Positions 1-9,752 of a stretch of 64,000 bases of DNA are shown in pieces. The stretch is taken from positions 22,208-86,207 of the forward strand of contig CAZELR010000007.1 in assembly GCA_964513075.1 (NCBI GenBank), read 5' to 3'. Position 1 is the stretch's first letter; the number at the start of each line of letters is the position of its first letter. Position numbers and translations under genes: made by a program. Under the pieces are notes generated by a model, which saw only the letters and a list, made by a program, of their open reading frames with translations, was not told the DNA's origin and did no database searches. The DNA is from an uncultured Anaerolineales bacterium. Its GTDB lineage: Bacteria > Chloroflexota > Anaerolineae > CG2-30-64-16.

Positions 1-1150
1 ACGTTGTAACGAGAACGATGAGGGTGACGATTGAGAACAGCTCGGTCTTGATCAGGCCGGCGTTTACCCCCACGCTGGCGACGATGAGGCCCACTTCCCC
101 GCGGCTGATCATCCCCACGCCCACGCGCAGTGCCGAGCGATTCGTGAAGCCGCCCAGCCGCGCGCCGAGGCCGCTGCCCAGCACTTTTGTGATCACGGCG
201 ACGATGATCAGCACCAGCGCCAGTAACAGGCCCGATCCGGTCAACAGCCGCGCATCCGTTTTGAGGCCGATGCTCACGAAGAAGATCGGCACCAGAAACG
301 CGTACGTGATGGTGTGCATCGAGCGGCCGATGGTCGAATGCAGGTGGCTGCGGCCGAATCCCAGCCCGGCGATGAACGCGCCGGTGATCGCAGCCAGCCC
401 ACCGCCCATTTCGGCGATCCAGGCATACGCCAGGGTCACCACCAGGACGAGCGCGGTGAGCCCTTCGCTGATCGGCTGTTCATTGATCCAGTCGGCCAGC
501 CGCGGCAGCACCAGGAAGGCGGCCGCAATCGCCAGGCCCAGGTAGAGCAGCATGCGCACGAGCACCAGCGCGATGGCGCCCGCGCCCGCGCCGCTCGAAG
601 CGACCGCGATGAAGATCGACAGCAGCAGGATCACCAGGACATCGTCGACTACGGCAGCGCCCAACAGCGCGACCCCCTCCTTGCTGCGCAGCACGCCCAG
701 CTCAAGCAGCGTCTGCGCGCTGATGCTGACGCTGGTCGCGGTCAAAATCATGCCCACGAACAGGGCCGCCTGGCCTTGGTACCCGAACGGCAGCACGATC
801 AGCGCGCCCAGCGTCAACGGGAGGACCACCCCGCTGACGCCCGCCAACATCGCCACGCGTCCGGTCCGGCGCATCTCGCGCACATCCACTTCCAGGCCGG
901 CCAGGAACATCAAACAGATGACCCCCAGCTCTGCCAGCTCGTAGATCGCCTCGGTCAGCAGGTGCGGCTCGGCCGCATTCGTCAGCAGCGGCCAGTGCAA
1001 CAGGTCGAGCAGGCTGGGACCCAGCAGGACGCCGACCAGCAGCTCGCCCAATACGGCAGGTTGGCGCAAGCGCACCGCCAGCCACCCGCCGGCCTTGGCG
1101 GCGGTGATGATCACCATCAGAGAAAAGACCAATTGAAGAAACGGTGTCAT
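1..1150 (-). CDS. Cation:proton antiporter (CPA2/Kef-NapA type), 5' part; truncated by window start
   Basis: Reverse-complement from the ATG at 1150 reads MTPFLQLVFSLMVIITAAKAGGWLAVRLRQPAVLGELLVGVLLGPSLL... and stays open to position 1 with multiple TM helices. Absent from the ORF track because no stop lies inside the window. Confidence 0.7.
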   Translation of the reverse strand, partial: MTPFLQLVFSLMVIITAAKAGGWLAVRLRQPAVLGELLVGVLLGPSLLDLLHWPLLTNAAEPHLLTEAIYELAELGVICLMFLAGLEVDVREMRRTGRVAMLAGVSGVVLPLTLGALIVLPFGYQGQAALFVGMILTATSVSISAQTLLELGVLRSKEGVALLGAAVVDDVLVILLLSIFIAVASSGAGAGAIALVLVRMLLYLGLAIAAAFLVLPRLADWINEQPISEGLTALVLVVTLAYAWIAEMGGGLAAITGAFIAGLGFGRSHLHSTIGRSMHTITYAFLVPIFFVSIGLKTDARLLTGSGLLLALVLIIVAVITKVLGSGLGARLGGFTNRSALRVGVGMISRGEVGLIVASVGVNAGLIKTELFSIVTLIVLVTT

Positions 1151-1385
1151 AAGTGTGCGCCTAACCGCGCTTGGCCTCCGGAGGCTGTCTGCGCTGCATA
1201 CAGGTGCCTCGGTTGTTGTGACTCTCAACAGGTATGATCCGGTCATCAGAGCGCCGGCTGGCACGTCGTATGCGGTTGAGGTCGTGCATCAGGCTGCCAA
1301 GTGCGTCTGGATTCGAGGCTTTAGCCGGTCTGGCATGCGGCCCCAATGGCGGACAACCCGGCTGAAGCCTCCATTCCAGTACGCC

Positions 1386-2510
1386 TCAGATTCGGTTTCG
1401 ATCGCGAAGCAGCTCGGCCACGCGGTCCAGCGGCAGCGCCTCGACTGTGTTTCCGCGATAGCCGGTCATTGTGGTCGCCATGCACAGCGCGTTGTAGATT
1501 GCCTCTTCGGTCGCCTCGATCACGGCCTCGAACAGGGGCGACAGACGAGCATTCGGCAGCTCGGTCACGGTGGCAGGGCCGTTCCGTCGCGCCGGCGTGC
1601 GCCGCACCGCCTCGGCCGTCGAGAACGCGATCGCGTAGTCGCCCGACCCATCGGCCATCGCTGCGCCGGTGCGCGCCAGCCCGGCCAACCCACGCCGCGC
1701 TAGCCGCGACAGGTTGCGGTCGGAGAGCGGCGCGTCGGTCGCGATGATGATCATGATCGAGCCGTCCGCGTCGCCGCGCTCGACGACATCCCGCAAATAG
1801 TAGCGTCCCAGCACCTGTCCGACCGGAATGCCGGCCATCTGCAGCACGCCCCCGAAGTTGGCCTGGACCAGTACGCCGGCCGTGTAACCGCCCTCCACAG
1901 CAGGCAGGCGCCGCGAGCTGGTTCCGATGCCACCCTTCCACCCGAACGCGACCGTGCCCGCACCCGCACCGACGCAGCCCTCGGCGACCGGCCCGTCCTG
2001 GGCGTTTTCAATCGCTTGCCGCACGTGTTCGGGTGTGATGCTGTGGCGTCGGATATCATTCAGCCGGCTGTCGTTTGTTTCGCCCACCACGGGGTTGACG
2101 GACACAACTTCCTCGTTGCCCCGCTGGGCCAGGGTCCAGGCGACGATCGCCTCCGCCGCCTGGGGTGCGGCCAGGGTGTTTGTCAGCACGATCGGGGTCT
2201 CGATCTCGCCCAACTCGACCAGTTGCGTGCCTCCCATCAGCTTGCCGAAGCCGTTTCCCACCGCCAGGCCGGCCGGGACGCGGTTCTGGTATAGGTTGCC
2301 GCCGTGGGGCAGGATCGCAGTAACCCCGGTGCGGACCGCGTCCCCTTCGATGAGGGTGACGTGGCCCGCGCGCACACCGGCTATGTCGGTGATGGCATTG
2401 AGAGGGCCGGGCGGCAGCACGCCGGGCGCGATCCCCAGCGACCGGGCCCGGCAGCGGGTGGCGGCGCGCTGCGGAGTGCCATCTGGGGTGGAGGAGAGAA
2501 TGTCTGTCAT
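1386..2510 (-). CDS. DmpA/S58 (P1) family L-aminopeptidase/D-esterase (Ntn hydrolase)
   Basis: 374 aa; GVRAGHVTLIEG... and GGTQ/GxG motifs typical of the DmpA-ArgJ-like fold; downstream of xdhC in the same orientation (9-nt gap). Confidence 0.7.
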   Translation of the reverse strand: MTDILSSTPDGTPQRAATRCRARSLGIAPGVLPPGPLNAITDIAGVRAGHVTLIEGDAVRTGVTAILPHGGNLYQNRVPAGLAVGNGFGKLMGGTQLVELGEIETPIVLTNTLAAPQAAEAIVAWTLAQRGNEEVVSVNPVVGETNDSRLNDIRRHSITPEHVRQAIENAQDGPVAEGCVGAGAGTVAFGWKGGIGTSSRRLPAVEGGYTAGVLVQANFGGVLQMAGIPVGQVLGRYYLRDVVERGDADGSIMIIIATDAPLSDRNLSRLARRGLAGLARTGAAMADGSGDYAIAFSTAEAVRRTPARRNGPATVTELPNARLSPLFEAVIEATEEAIYNALCMATTMTGYRGNTVEALPLDRVAELLRDRNRI

Positions 2511-2518
2511 GGCTGGAG

Positions 2519-3649
2519 CTACCTTAAACCCGTCCCTTGCTTCTCCGTTCCCCGGTTCCTTCGTCTTTGCTCCCGTTCCCGCCGCTTTTCTGAAATGGAT
2601 GGGGCAGGTCCGCCGCGCAACACGTTGATCAGCTCGGCCAGGATGCAGATGGCGATCTCGGCCGGGGTGCGCGCGCCGATGGCGATCCCGATCGGTGCAT
2701 AGATGCGGTCGAACTTAGCGGGGTCGATGCCTTGCTCTTCTGCTAGCAGCTTAAACACGGCATCCACCCGGCGCTGCGAGCCGATCATGCCGATATAGGC
2801 CACGGGCCGGTCGAGTACTTCCAGCAGGCATTCGACATCGTGGCTGTGTCCGCGCGTCACCAGCACGATGAAGGTGTCGGAGTCCATCGGCAGATCGCGC
2901 ACGGTTTCAGCCAGTGGCGCGGCAATGACTTTCTGGGCAGTGGGGAAGCGCTCACGACTGGCGAAGCTGGGCCGGTCGTCCAGCACGATGACCGCGAACT
3001 CGCATAACGAGGCCATCTGTGCCAGCGGCACCGCGATGTGCCCGCCGCCGACGATGATCAGCTCGGGCGCGCGGCGCTGCACCTCGATGAATACCGACAG
3101 GCCTGAAGTGGGGTAGCGCAGAAGTTTGTGCTGTCGGGTGCGGAGGACTGCTTTGGCATCGGCCATGATCTGTGCTTCTGCTTCGCCCAGGCCGAGATCG
3201 CCCAGCGGCGGCTTGTCAAGCCAGATCACGGCCTCGCGGCCGGCAGATGCACCACTGACGACCGTGGCCAGCGCGACCGGTTCGCGGGCCAGTGTGGATG
3301 TGCGGAGTGCGGCGATAGATTGTAGGGGCGAGGCATTCCGACTACTTCTTTCCACGAACACATCCATGATCCCGCCGCATACGCCCAGCGCCTGCATCGA
3401 GACGTCCTCGGTCAGATCCACGCGCACGGTGGTGGGCGCGCCGGTCTGGATCACGTCGAGCGCGGCACGGATCACGTCCGCTTCGCCGCAGCCGCCCCCC
3501 ACGGTGCCCACGTGTTGCCCCAACGGGTGGATGATCATCTTGGCGCCCACCTCGCGCGGCACCGAGCCCTTCACGTCGATGATGGTGGCGACTGCAACGG
3601 TTTCGCCGGCCTCCGTAAACTCTGTTAACTTTTCGTAGATCATCTCCAT
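2519..3649 (-). CDS. xdhC: XdhC/CoxI-family molybdenum-hydroxylase maturation (Moco insertion) factor
   Basis: 376 aa; N-terminal XdhC_CoxI-like region plus Rossmann-like XdhC_C region (IVGGGHIAVPLAQMA...); 3-nt gap to the proS stop. Confidence 0.8.
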   Translation of the reverse strand: MEMIYEKLTEFTEAGETVAVATIIDVKGSVPREVGAKMIIHPLGQHVGTVGGGCGEADVIRAALDVIQTGAPTTVRVDLTEDVSMQALGVCGGIMDVFVERSSRNASPLQSIAALRTSTLAREPVALATVVSGASAGREAVIWLDKPPLGDLGLGEAEAQIMADAKAVLRTRQHKLLRYPTSGLSVFIEVQRRAPELIIVGGGHIAVPLAQMASLCEFAVIVLDDRPSFASRERFPTAQKVIAAPLAETVRDLPMDSDTFIVLVTRGHSHDVECLLEVLDRPVAYIGMIGSQRRVDAVFKLLAEEQGIDPAKFDRIYAPIGIAIGARTPAEIAICILAELINVLRGGPAPSISEKRREREQRRRNRGTEKQGTGLR

Positions 3650-3652
3650 ACC

Positions 3653-5407
3653 CTATGCCATCCTGTCTTCAGCGATGATGATGCGCGCGTTGATCTCGGC
3701 CTCCAACGCTGCGAGCTCTTGCCGGATGTGCTCGACCGCCTCGTCCAGTGGGATAATGCTCTTCTCAGCCCGGTCGCGGCGCTTGAACTCGACGCCGCCC
3801 TCTTTGAGCGAGCGCTTCCCAAGGGTCAGCCGGATGGGCAGCCCGATCAGGTCGGCATCGTTGAACTTCACGCCCGCCGTATCCGCGCGATCATCGTAAA
3901 GCGTCTCGATCCCGGCTGCCCACAGCGCCGCGTAGAGGCTATCGGCCTCGGCTTCCGCACCCGGCATGCCCACCAGGTGTACATGATACGGCGCGATGGT
4001 GACCGGCCAGATCAGGCCGAACTCGTCGTGATGCTCCTCTGCGACGCATGCCAGCAGACGGCCGCTGCCGATGCCATACGATCCCATCACCACCGGCCTG
4101 GCCTTGCCCTCGCTGTCGAGATAGGAGGCGCCCAGCGCGTCGGTGTAACGTGTGCCGAGCTGGAAGATATTGCCCACCTCCACCCCGCGGGCGGTGCGCA
4201 GGGCCGCACCGCATTCCGGACAGGGATCGCCCTCCCGTGCGGCTGCGATGTCGGCCACAATGGTCGCGGTGTAGTCGCGGCCATAGTTGACGTTCAGCAG
4301 ATGATAGCCCTCTTCGTTAGCGCCGGCGACCAGGTTTGGCGCGACCGGCACCAGGTCATCCGCAATCACCAGGACATCTTTTAGCCCCACCGGCGAGGCG
4401 TAGCCGGGGGTGGCCCCCACCGCGCGGATTTCCGCCTCGACAGCCGGCCGCAGCGCGCGCGCCCTGATGACATTGGCCAACTTGGTTTCGTTGACCTCCA
4501 TATCGCCCCGGATCACCACAAAGATGAAGCGCTCGGCCTCGGTGTCGGCAACCTTAGCCATCATGAAGACCGCCTTCGCCGTGCGGCTCTCGGGCACGCC
4601 CAACAGCGCGGCAAGGTCCGCGATGGTGCTGGTGTGCGGCGTGGCGATCTTCTCGATGGGCCGCGGCGGTTCGGGCGCAGGCTGGGGTTTACGCAGGGTT
4701 GCTACCTGCCGGTTGGCCGTGTAGCCGCATCCGTCGCAGAGGATCAGCGTGTCTTCGCCGATGGGCGCCAGGTACATGAACTCATGGGCCAGCTTGCCGC
4801 CCATCATCCCGGTATCCGACTTGACCGCGAGGGTCGGCAGTCCGCAGTGGCCAAAGATGCGAAAGTAGGCGGCGTAGTGCGCCCGATATTGGGTTGCGAG
4901 CCCATCGGCGTCGGCATCCAGGCTGTAGCTGTCCAGCATGGTGAACTCGCGCACCCGGATCAACCCGGCGCGCGGGCGGGGATCATCGCGCCACTTGGTC
5001 TGGATGTGGTAAACCAGGGCCGGAAGCTGGCGGTAAGAGCGCACTTCGCTCCGTACCAGGTCCGCCACGACCTCTTCGTGCGTCATTGCGAGCACCATGT
5101 CGTGGTCGGACTTGTCCCGGAACCGTCCCATCTCCGAGCCGATCTGATACCAACGGCCAGTCTCCTGCCAGAGGTCGGCCGGGTGGACCACCGGCATAGT
5201 AACCTCCTGTCCGCCGATGGCATTGATCTCTTGTCGCATGATGGCTTCGAGCTTACTTAACGAGCGTCGTGCCAGCGGCAGGTAGCTGAAGATGCCGGCG
5301 CCAAGCTGGCGAATGAAGCCGGCGCGGACCAGGAGCTGATGGCTGATGACCTCAGCATCGGTTGGCGCTTCGCGCAACGTCCGACCGAACAGGCGAGTCA
5401 TACGCAT
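3653..5407 (-). CDS. proS: Prolyl-tRNA synthetase (bacterial type with INS editing domain)
   Basis: 584 aa; class II aaRS motifs, full-length similarity pattern of bacterial ProRS (MRMTRLFGRTLREAP...FRDEIRPRxGLxRxREF-like). Confidence 0.9.
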   Translation of the reverse strand: MRMTRLFGRTLREAPTDAEVISHQLLVRAGFIRQLGAGIFSYLPLARRSLSKLEAIMRQEINAIGGQEVTMPVVHPADLWQETGRWYQIGSEMGRFRDKSDHDMVLAMTHEEVVADLVRSEVRSYRQLPALVYHIQTKWRDDPRPRAGLIRVREFTMLDSYSLDADADGLATQYRAHYAAYFRIFGHCGLPTLAVKSDTGMMGGKLAHEFMYLAPIGEDTLILCDGCGYTANRQVATLRKPQPAPEPPRPIEKIATPHTSTIADLAALLGVPESRTAKAVFMMAKVADTEAERFIFVVIRGDMEVNETKLANVIRARALRPAVEAEIRAVGATPGYASPVGLKDVLVIADDLVPVAPNLVAGANEEGYHLLNVNYGRDYTATIVADIAAAREGDPCPECGAALRTARGVEVGNIFQLGTRYTDALGASYLDSEGKARPVVMGSYGIGSGRLLACVAEEHHDEFGLIWPVTIAPYHVHLVGMPGAEAEADSLYAALWAAGIETLYDDRADTAGVKFNDADLIGLPIRLTLGKRSLKEGGVEFKRRDRAEKSIIPLDEAVEHIRQELAALEAEINARIIIAEDRMA

Positions 5408-6024
5408 GGGGTGCTTTCCTCTCTCTCATAATCTTCCGGCGTGTCCAGGTCCGCCAATACTGAGGCCGTGTCAACGACCAGGTAACGGATCCGGTCACGA
5501 TGGACGGCCATCACGTCGCGCAGGGTGCCGCTGCATGCCAGGATCTCCGGCCAAAGCCAGGCCGGCAGCAGGATGGGATGGCCGGCGCGCATCCGATAGC
5601 TGGGGATCACGATCCGCGTCCAGCCATCCTCGGCGCCGGCAGCTAAAACGGCTTGCACTGTGGCGACCTCCATCTGTGGCTGATCGCCCAGGCAAAGCAG
5701 CGCGGCAGGTGGAGGTAGGGGTGAGGCACTCCGTCGGAAGTTTGTCTCGCCCCTACTCAATGTGCCCAGCCCAACCTGGATCGAGCTGAGCATTTCGCCT
5801 GCAGCGTACTGTGGATTGAAAACAATGTGATTGGTATTGGAGCATAAGACCGCCCGCACGTCATCCGCACGATGGCCGGTGACGGTCACGATTTCGGATA
5901 CGCCGGCGGCTTCTAGCGTCGCCACTACTTGTCCGATGACCGTCGCATCACCCCAGGGCAGGGTGAGCTTGAACCGGCCCATACGGCGCGAAAGTCCGGC
6001 GGCGAGGACGATGGCAGAGATCAT
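5398..6024 (-). CDS. mocA: MobA-like NTP transferase, probable molybdenum cofactor cytidylyltransferase (MocA-like)
   Basis: 208 aa; MISAIVLAAGLSRRMG...KLTLPWGD N-terminus typical of the MobA/MocA nucleotidyltransferase fold; stop overlaps the proS start by 10 nt. Confidence 0.7.
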   Translation of the reverse strand: MISAIVLAAGLSRRMGRFKLTLPWGDATVIGQVVATLEAAGVSEIVTVTGHRADDVRAVLCSNTNHIVFNPQYAAGEMLSSIQVGLGTLSRGETNFRRSASPLPPPAALLCLGDQPQMEVATVQAVLAAGAEDGWTRIVIPSYRMRAGHPILLPAWLWPEILACSGTLRDVMAVHRDRIRYLVVDTASVLADLDTPEDYEREESTPCV

Positions 6025-6032
6025 GGCAGGGA

Positions 6033-6104
6033 TTATAGCACAAATTCGGCCGACCTATTGAGTCGCAAGCAGGTTTTGGAAATTCAACCGTAGGCGCTTA
6101 TAAT
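6033..6104. promoter_or_regulatory. Divergent promoter region: TTGGAA-N17-TATAAT (+ strand, for the 6195 gene) and a TATAAT 7 nt upstream of the mocA ATG (- strand, possibly leaderless)
   Basis: + strand TTGGAA 6076-6081 / 17-nt spacer / TATAAT 6099-6104. - strand TATAAT is the reverse complement of 6033-6038, ending 7 nt before the mocA ATG at 6024. Confidence 0.4.
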
Positions 6105-6194
6105 CCGCTCACTTGGGCTTTTCTCTGCGAAATGATCCTGCGGTTGGCTGAGAGCCGTGTGTGACCACGCCAGGCGCTGTTAGGGAGAGGACTT

Positions 6195-6608
6195 ATGAGA
6201 AACGCACTTGATGACTATCTCTTAGAACTCATCTTAATGGATTCGTTAGTATTCGCCAGCAGCCGGCGCATCCCGGATGCCGATCTGATCATCCGGAGTT
6301 TTCTCCCCTCCGGCTCCTACGATCAGATCATGGAGCACTATGACAGACTGTGCGCAGAGTGGCAAGATGAAGAGACGGAGGTCTGCGCGTATTGGCAGAG
6401 GTGCGCAGCCAGAAAGAGTTCCGCGTGGAAACAGATGATCATCGAGCGCTTGTTGGGGATCGTCTGTCATGCCGGATGCGTTGATTGCGGCGGCCCAGCC
6501 GATGTTGCCGCACTGGCTCACGGAATGGGCGCGGAATTGGAGTGCCGCCAGGTATTCGCGCGCGCTCTCGGCAACTGTTGTGTCATGCAGAAGTCTTATT
6601 TCTTATAA
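6195..6608 (+). CDS. Hypothetical Cys-rich protein (CHAGCVDCGG motif)
   Basis: 137-aa ORF with a GGGAGAGG SD 6-8 nt upstream, an upstream sigma70-like promoter and a downstream hairpin terminator; no recognisable family. Confidence 0.5.
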   Translation: MRNALDDYLLELILMDSLVFASSRRIPDADLIIRSFLPSGSYDQIMEHYDRLCAEWQDEETEVCAYWQRCAARKSSAWKQMIIERLLGIVCHAGCVDCGGPADVAALAHGMGAELECRQVFARALGNCCVMQKSYFL

Positions 6609-6609
6609 C

Positions 6610-6645
6610 AAGAAACCAGGTTTCCCGGGGAAGCCTGGTTTCTGT
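6610..6645. terminator. Bidirectional intrinsic-terminator hairpin between convergent genes
   Basis: AGAAACCAGGTTTCCC-GGG-GAAGCCTGGTTTCT: ~16-bp stem with one G.U-type mismatch, located between the 6608 (+) stop and the 6667 (-) stop. Confidence 0.55.
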
Positions 6646-6666
6646 TGCTCCTAAGATGACGACAGC

Positions 6667-7770
6667 TTATTGTGGCTGAGGGCTTGGTGTGGTATTCACT
6701 GTGGGCGTCACACCTGACCCCGACACGATGATGGTCGGCATCGTCCCTGCGGGCGTGAAGATAAGCTTATCGGTGGCCTTGAGTGCGCTGGCGTTTGCCA
6801 GGGCCGTCTGTAACGCCAGATAGGCAGGGCTGTCGGTATAGAGCTGAGCTTTGGCGAGCTCAAGGGCCAGGTCGGCTTTGGCTTTTTCGGCCGCAGCCTT
6901 GGCCTGCGCCTGGCTGATCGCGAAATCGCGCTCGGCTGTCAGCAGTTCGTTGGCCTTGGTTGCCTCGATGACCTCTTTTTGCGCCAGCACCTTCTCCCGT
7001 TCAAGCTGCGCCAGGATCGTCTGCTGGCGCGCCTCTTCTTGCACGCGGCTTTGGGCCACGCGCACCTCACCTTCCTGGCGGGCCTGCTCGGCAGCAGCCT
7101 CGGCATCGGCCTTCAGCTTGTCCTGCGCGGCTTTCTCGGTGTTCAGACGGCTCTGGGTGATGGCGTCCAATAGCGCCTGAGCCTCGTTCGACAGGATTAC
7201 GTTGGGCACGGTCACATTGGCGATCTGCAGGCCGTAGTTCTGGGCAAGGTTGCTCAACTCCTCGTCGATGCACTCGCGCAGCACATCGCGCGCGGTGCCG
7301 ATGACGTTGTCGTTGAAGGTCCGTTCGCCGATGCACACCTTCGCAGCCTGCCGGGCCAGGTTCTCGACGCGGTCCTGCAGGATCTGTTCGCGCAGGTATA
7401 ACTCGCTGTACTGGGCCCAGTTGGCCTTCAGCATATCGGCTTGCGAGAGGTTGGGGCGGAAGATATCGCCCGACACCACGATCCCCAACCGCTGCTTGTC
7501 TTTGGTGATGATCTCGTCATCCTCGACCGTGAACGACACCGCGGAACTAGGCACCTTTTTCAGCTCCACGTACAGGCCGACGTCGGTGTAGAGGCCGGGC
7601 CCTACGACGTTGGCGATGCGACCACCGCGAAACTGAACGCCGACTTCCTGTTGCTCGACCCGGGCCATGATGTAGAACAGGTTGCTGCTGGTCAGCACGA
7701 TCACGACGATCAGCGCGAAAACGGCAAGCAGGATGCCGCGCAACAGATTTATGTTGAAGGCTCGTTTCAT
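6667..7770 (-). CDS. SPFH/band-7 (prohibitin/HflC-K-like) membrane protein with a long Ala/Gln-rich coiled-coil tail
   Basis: Start moved to the ATG at 7770 (MKRAFNINLLRGILLAVFALIVVIV TM anchor) with an AGGAG SD 11 nt upstream; SPFH core follows; the ORF-track start at 7863 adds 31 unlikely residues. Confidence 0.8.
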   Translation of the reverse strand: MKRAFNINLLRGILLAVFALIVVIVLTSSNLFYIMARVEQQEVGVQFRGGRIANVVGPGLYTDVGLYVELKKVPSSAVSFTVEDDEIITKDKQRLGIVVSGDIFRPNLSQADMLKANWAQYSELYLREQILQDRVENLARQAAKVCIGERTFNDNVIGTARDVLRECIDEELSNLAQNYGLQIANVTVPNVILSNEAQALLDAITQSRLNTEKAAQDKLKADAEAAAEQARQEGEVRVAQSRVQEEARQQTILAQLEREKVLAQKEVIEATKANELLTAERDFAISQAQAKAAAEKAKADLALELAKAQLYTDSPAYLALQTALANASALKATDKLIFTPAGTMPTIIVSGSGVTPTVNTTPSPQPQ

Positions 7771-7937
7771 GGGTTCAATGCTCCTGGCCTCTTGGGCCTC
7801 GAACTCGAAATCGAAGTTGATACGAATACATTCTACACGGCGTGCAACTTGGAATGCTGACACGAGGGTGACAAACGACGCCTAAATAAAGAACCGGGGT
7901 TCTGACTTCAGAAACCCGGTTCTTGTAGACGTCTGGT

Positions 7938-9107
7938 CTAGTACAGGAACATCGGCTTGCCGAGCATGTTAGCGACTTTGGGACGATACTTCTCCCGGTC
8001 GTACAACTCATCTACGTCGACCCGCTTGATGCCGGAGATGACCGTGCTGAGGGGCAAGTGCGTGTACTTGCCATCGCGCAGCGCAACCATGCGGCCCGAG
8101 CGACCCTGGGAGATCAGATCGGTGGCCAGGTTGGCATAGCTCAACGCGACCATGCGGTCCAGCGAGTCAGGCGCGCCCGCGCGCATCAAGTAACCGAGCT
8201 GCTGATAGATGATGTTCTCGCCGCTGATCTTCTTGACCAGATCCGCTGTTTGTTGTCCGACGCCGCCCAGCTTGCGATGGCCGTAGGCGTCCGCTTCGCC
8301 TGTTTCCACGATATCTCCGCCCAGCATCGTGGCGCCTTCCGAAATGGTCATGACGGCATAGTTGCTGGGGTTTGCGCGCTTGTCCTCTACCAGGAAGGCA
8401 GAGAGCTTCTCCACATCGAACGGCACTTCGGAAATGATTGCCCGATCGACGTTGCTCAGGTAGGCTGCAAACAGTGACGTTTCGCCGGAGTTGCGTCCGA
8501 AGAGCTCCACAATGGCAATGCGTTCGTGTGATCCGCTAGGGGTGCGCAGCGCAGTGATCAGATCGACGCTGCGGGTCACTGCAGTGCTGAAGCCGATACA
8601 ATAATCGGTGCCGTACACGTCGTTGTCCATCGTTTTGGGGATAGCAACGACCGGAAAACCTTCTTGGTGCAGCCGTGCAGCATAGCTCAACGTATCGTCG
8701 CCGCCGATGGCGATCAGACCATCGACGCCCAAATGGTGCATCACGCGCAACACATGTGGAGTCAGATCCAGCGTATCGGCCTGGGCTGGGGCGCTGAAAC
8801 TGCTGCGCAGGAACTCCGGGACTTCGTTGGGCTTGACGTGCGAGGGGCGGGTGCGCGAGGTGTGCAGGAAAGTGCCGCCAGAGCGGTCGATCTTGCGCAC
8901 CACGGCCTTGTTGAGCCGCATCACCCAGCGCCAATCCTCGGACGGATCGTCCGGATTGATGTTGACCGGCCCGGCCCAGCCGCGTCGAAAACCGATGATC
9001 TCCATGCCATCGTCGATAGCTCGGTCCACTACTGCCTTGATGCATGGGTTCAAGCCCGGCACATCCCCACCACCGGTCAGGATGCCCAGGGTTTTCATTG
9101 GTGCCAT
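7938..9107 (-). CDS. pfkA: 6-phosphofructokinase (ATP/PPi-dependent PFK family)
   Basis: [20 protein letters not shown]...GGDDT...MGR motifs; start at 9107 preceded by AGGAG with an 8-nt spacer (the ORF-track start at 9179 is an extension). Confidence 0.85.
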   Translation of the reverse strand: MAPMKTLGILTGGGDVPGLNPCIKAVVDRAIDDGMEIIGFRRGWAGPVNINPDDPSEDWRWVMRLNKAVVRKIDRSGGTFLHTSRTRPSHVKPNEVPEFLRSSFSAPAQADTLDLTPHVLRVMHHLGVDGLIAIGGDDTLSYAARLHQEGFPVVAIPKTMDNDVYGTDYCIGFSTAVTRSVDLITALRTPSGSHERIAIVELFGRNSGETSLFAAYLSNVDRAIISEVPFDVEKLSAFLVEDKRANPSNYAVMTISEGATMLGGDIVETGEADAYGHRKLGGVGQQTADLVKKISGENIIYQQLGYLMRAGAPDSLDRMVALSYANLATDLISQGRSGRMVALRDGKYTHLPLSTVISGIKRVDVDELYDREKYRPKVANMLGKPMFLY

Positions 9108-9333
9108 GAAATGTACTCCTAAACTATCAGGGATAAGACCACAACATATAAGTTTAGCGCGCGGCGTGCCTTTTGGCAAGTTTGGGCCCTGGTTTTAAAG
9201 ACGTAGAGGCAAGACGCCCCCCGCCAACTTCTGCCGCCACCCCAGTAATGGCGCCCGCTGAAGCCTCGATCCTAAGGGAGGCCACGCGTGCGCCGCGACA
9301 GATTCAGGCTGAAGTGCCTTGCCCCTACCGTGG

Positions 9334-9369
9334 CCTTTATCATGGACCCGATCGGGTCCATGATAAAGG
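9334..9369. promoter_or_regulatory. 36-bp perfect palindrome (possible operator and/or terminator)
   Basis: CCTTTATCATGGACCC-GATC-GGGTCCATGATAAAGG equals its own reverse complement; sits 14 nt downstream of the 9383 stop and ~220 nt upstream of the pfk start. Confidence 0.4.
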
Positions 9370-9382
9370 GTGTTCAGTTCAG

Positions 9383-9673
9383 CTATTCAGACCGGCCGGC
9401 CAGCGCGCGGGTATTCTCCTCGATGTCGATCAGCAGCGACAGGATGCTGCCGAACACAAAGAGTTGAACGAACCAGATGACACAGAGCAGCAACACACCG
9501 ACCGAGCCTGCGCCCGGCAGCCAGGCGGGTAAGTTCAGGCTTTCCAGAAGGCCCCCGAGAGATGTTCTGGACACGATGGCGCCGACGATGCCGCCCACAA
9601 GCGCCAGCCAGGCCAGGAGCTTCAGGATGAGTGCCACGACGCGCAAAAAGCCGTACTTGCGTGGTACGTTCAT
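9383..9673 (-). CDS. Small two-TM membrane protein, hypothetical
   Basis: ORF 9383..9724; probable start MNVPRKYGF (9673); two hydrophobic helices; no recognisable family. Confidence 0.45.
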   Translation of the reverse strand: MNVPRKYGFLRVVALILKLLAWLALVGGIVGAIVSRTSLGGLLESLNLPAWLPGAGSVGVLLLCVIWFVQLFVFGSILSLLIDIEENTRALAGRSE

Positions 9674-9752
9674 AAATGCTTCGTCCTTTCTGATGGTGGT
9701 ATCCGAGTATTCACCGGAGGTCACAGACCTCCGGTGAATACTTGTTTTGGTG

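Noticed and set aside
314-1237. Plus-strand ORFs 18..545, 314..1237 and 552..944 across the first kilobase
   Set aside because: Arg/Pro/Ala/Gln-rich low-complexity translations typical of antisense frames in high-GC DNA; the minus strand here encodes a convincing multi-TM antiporter.
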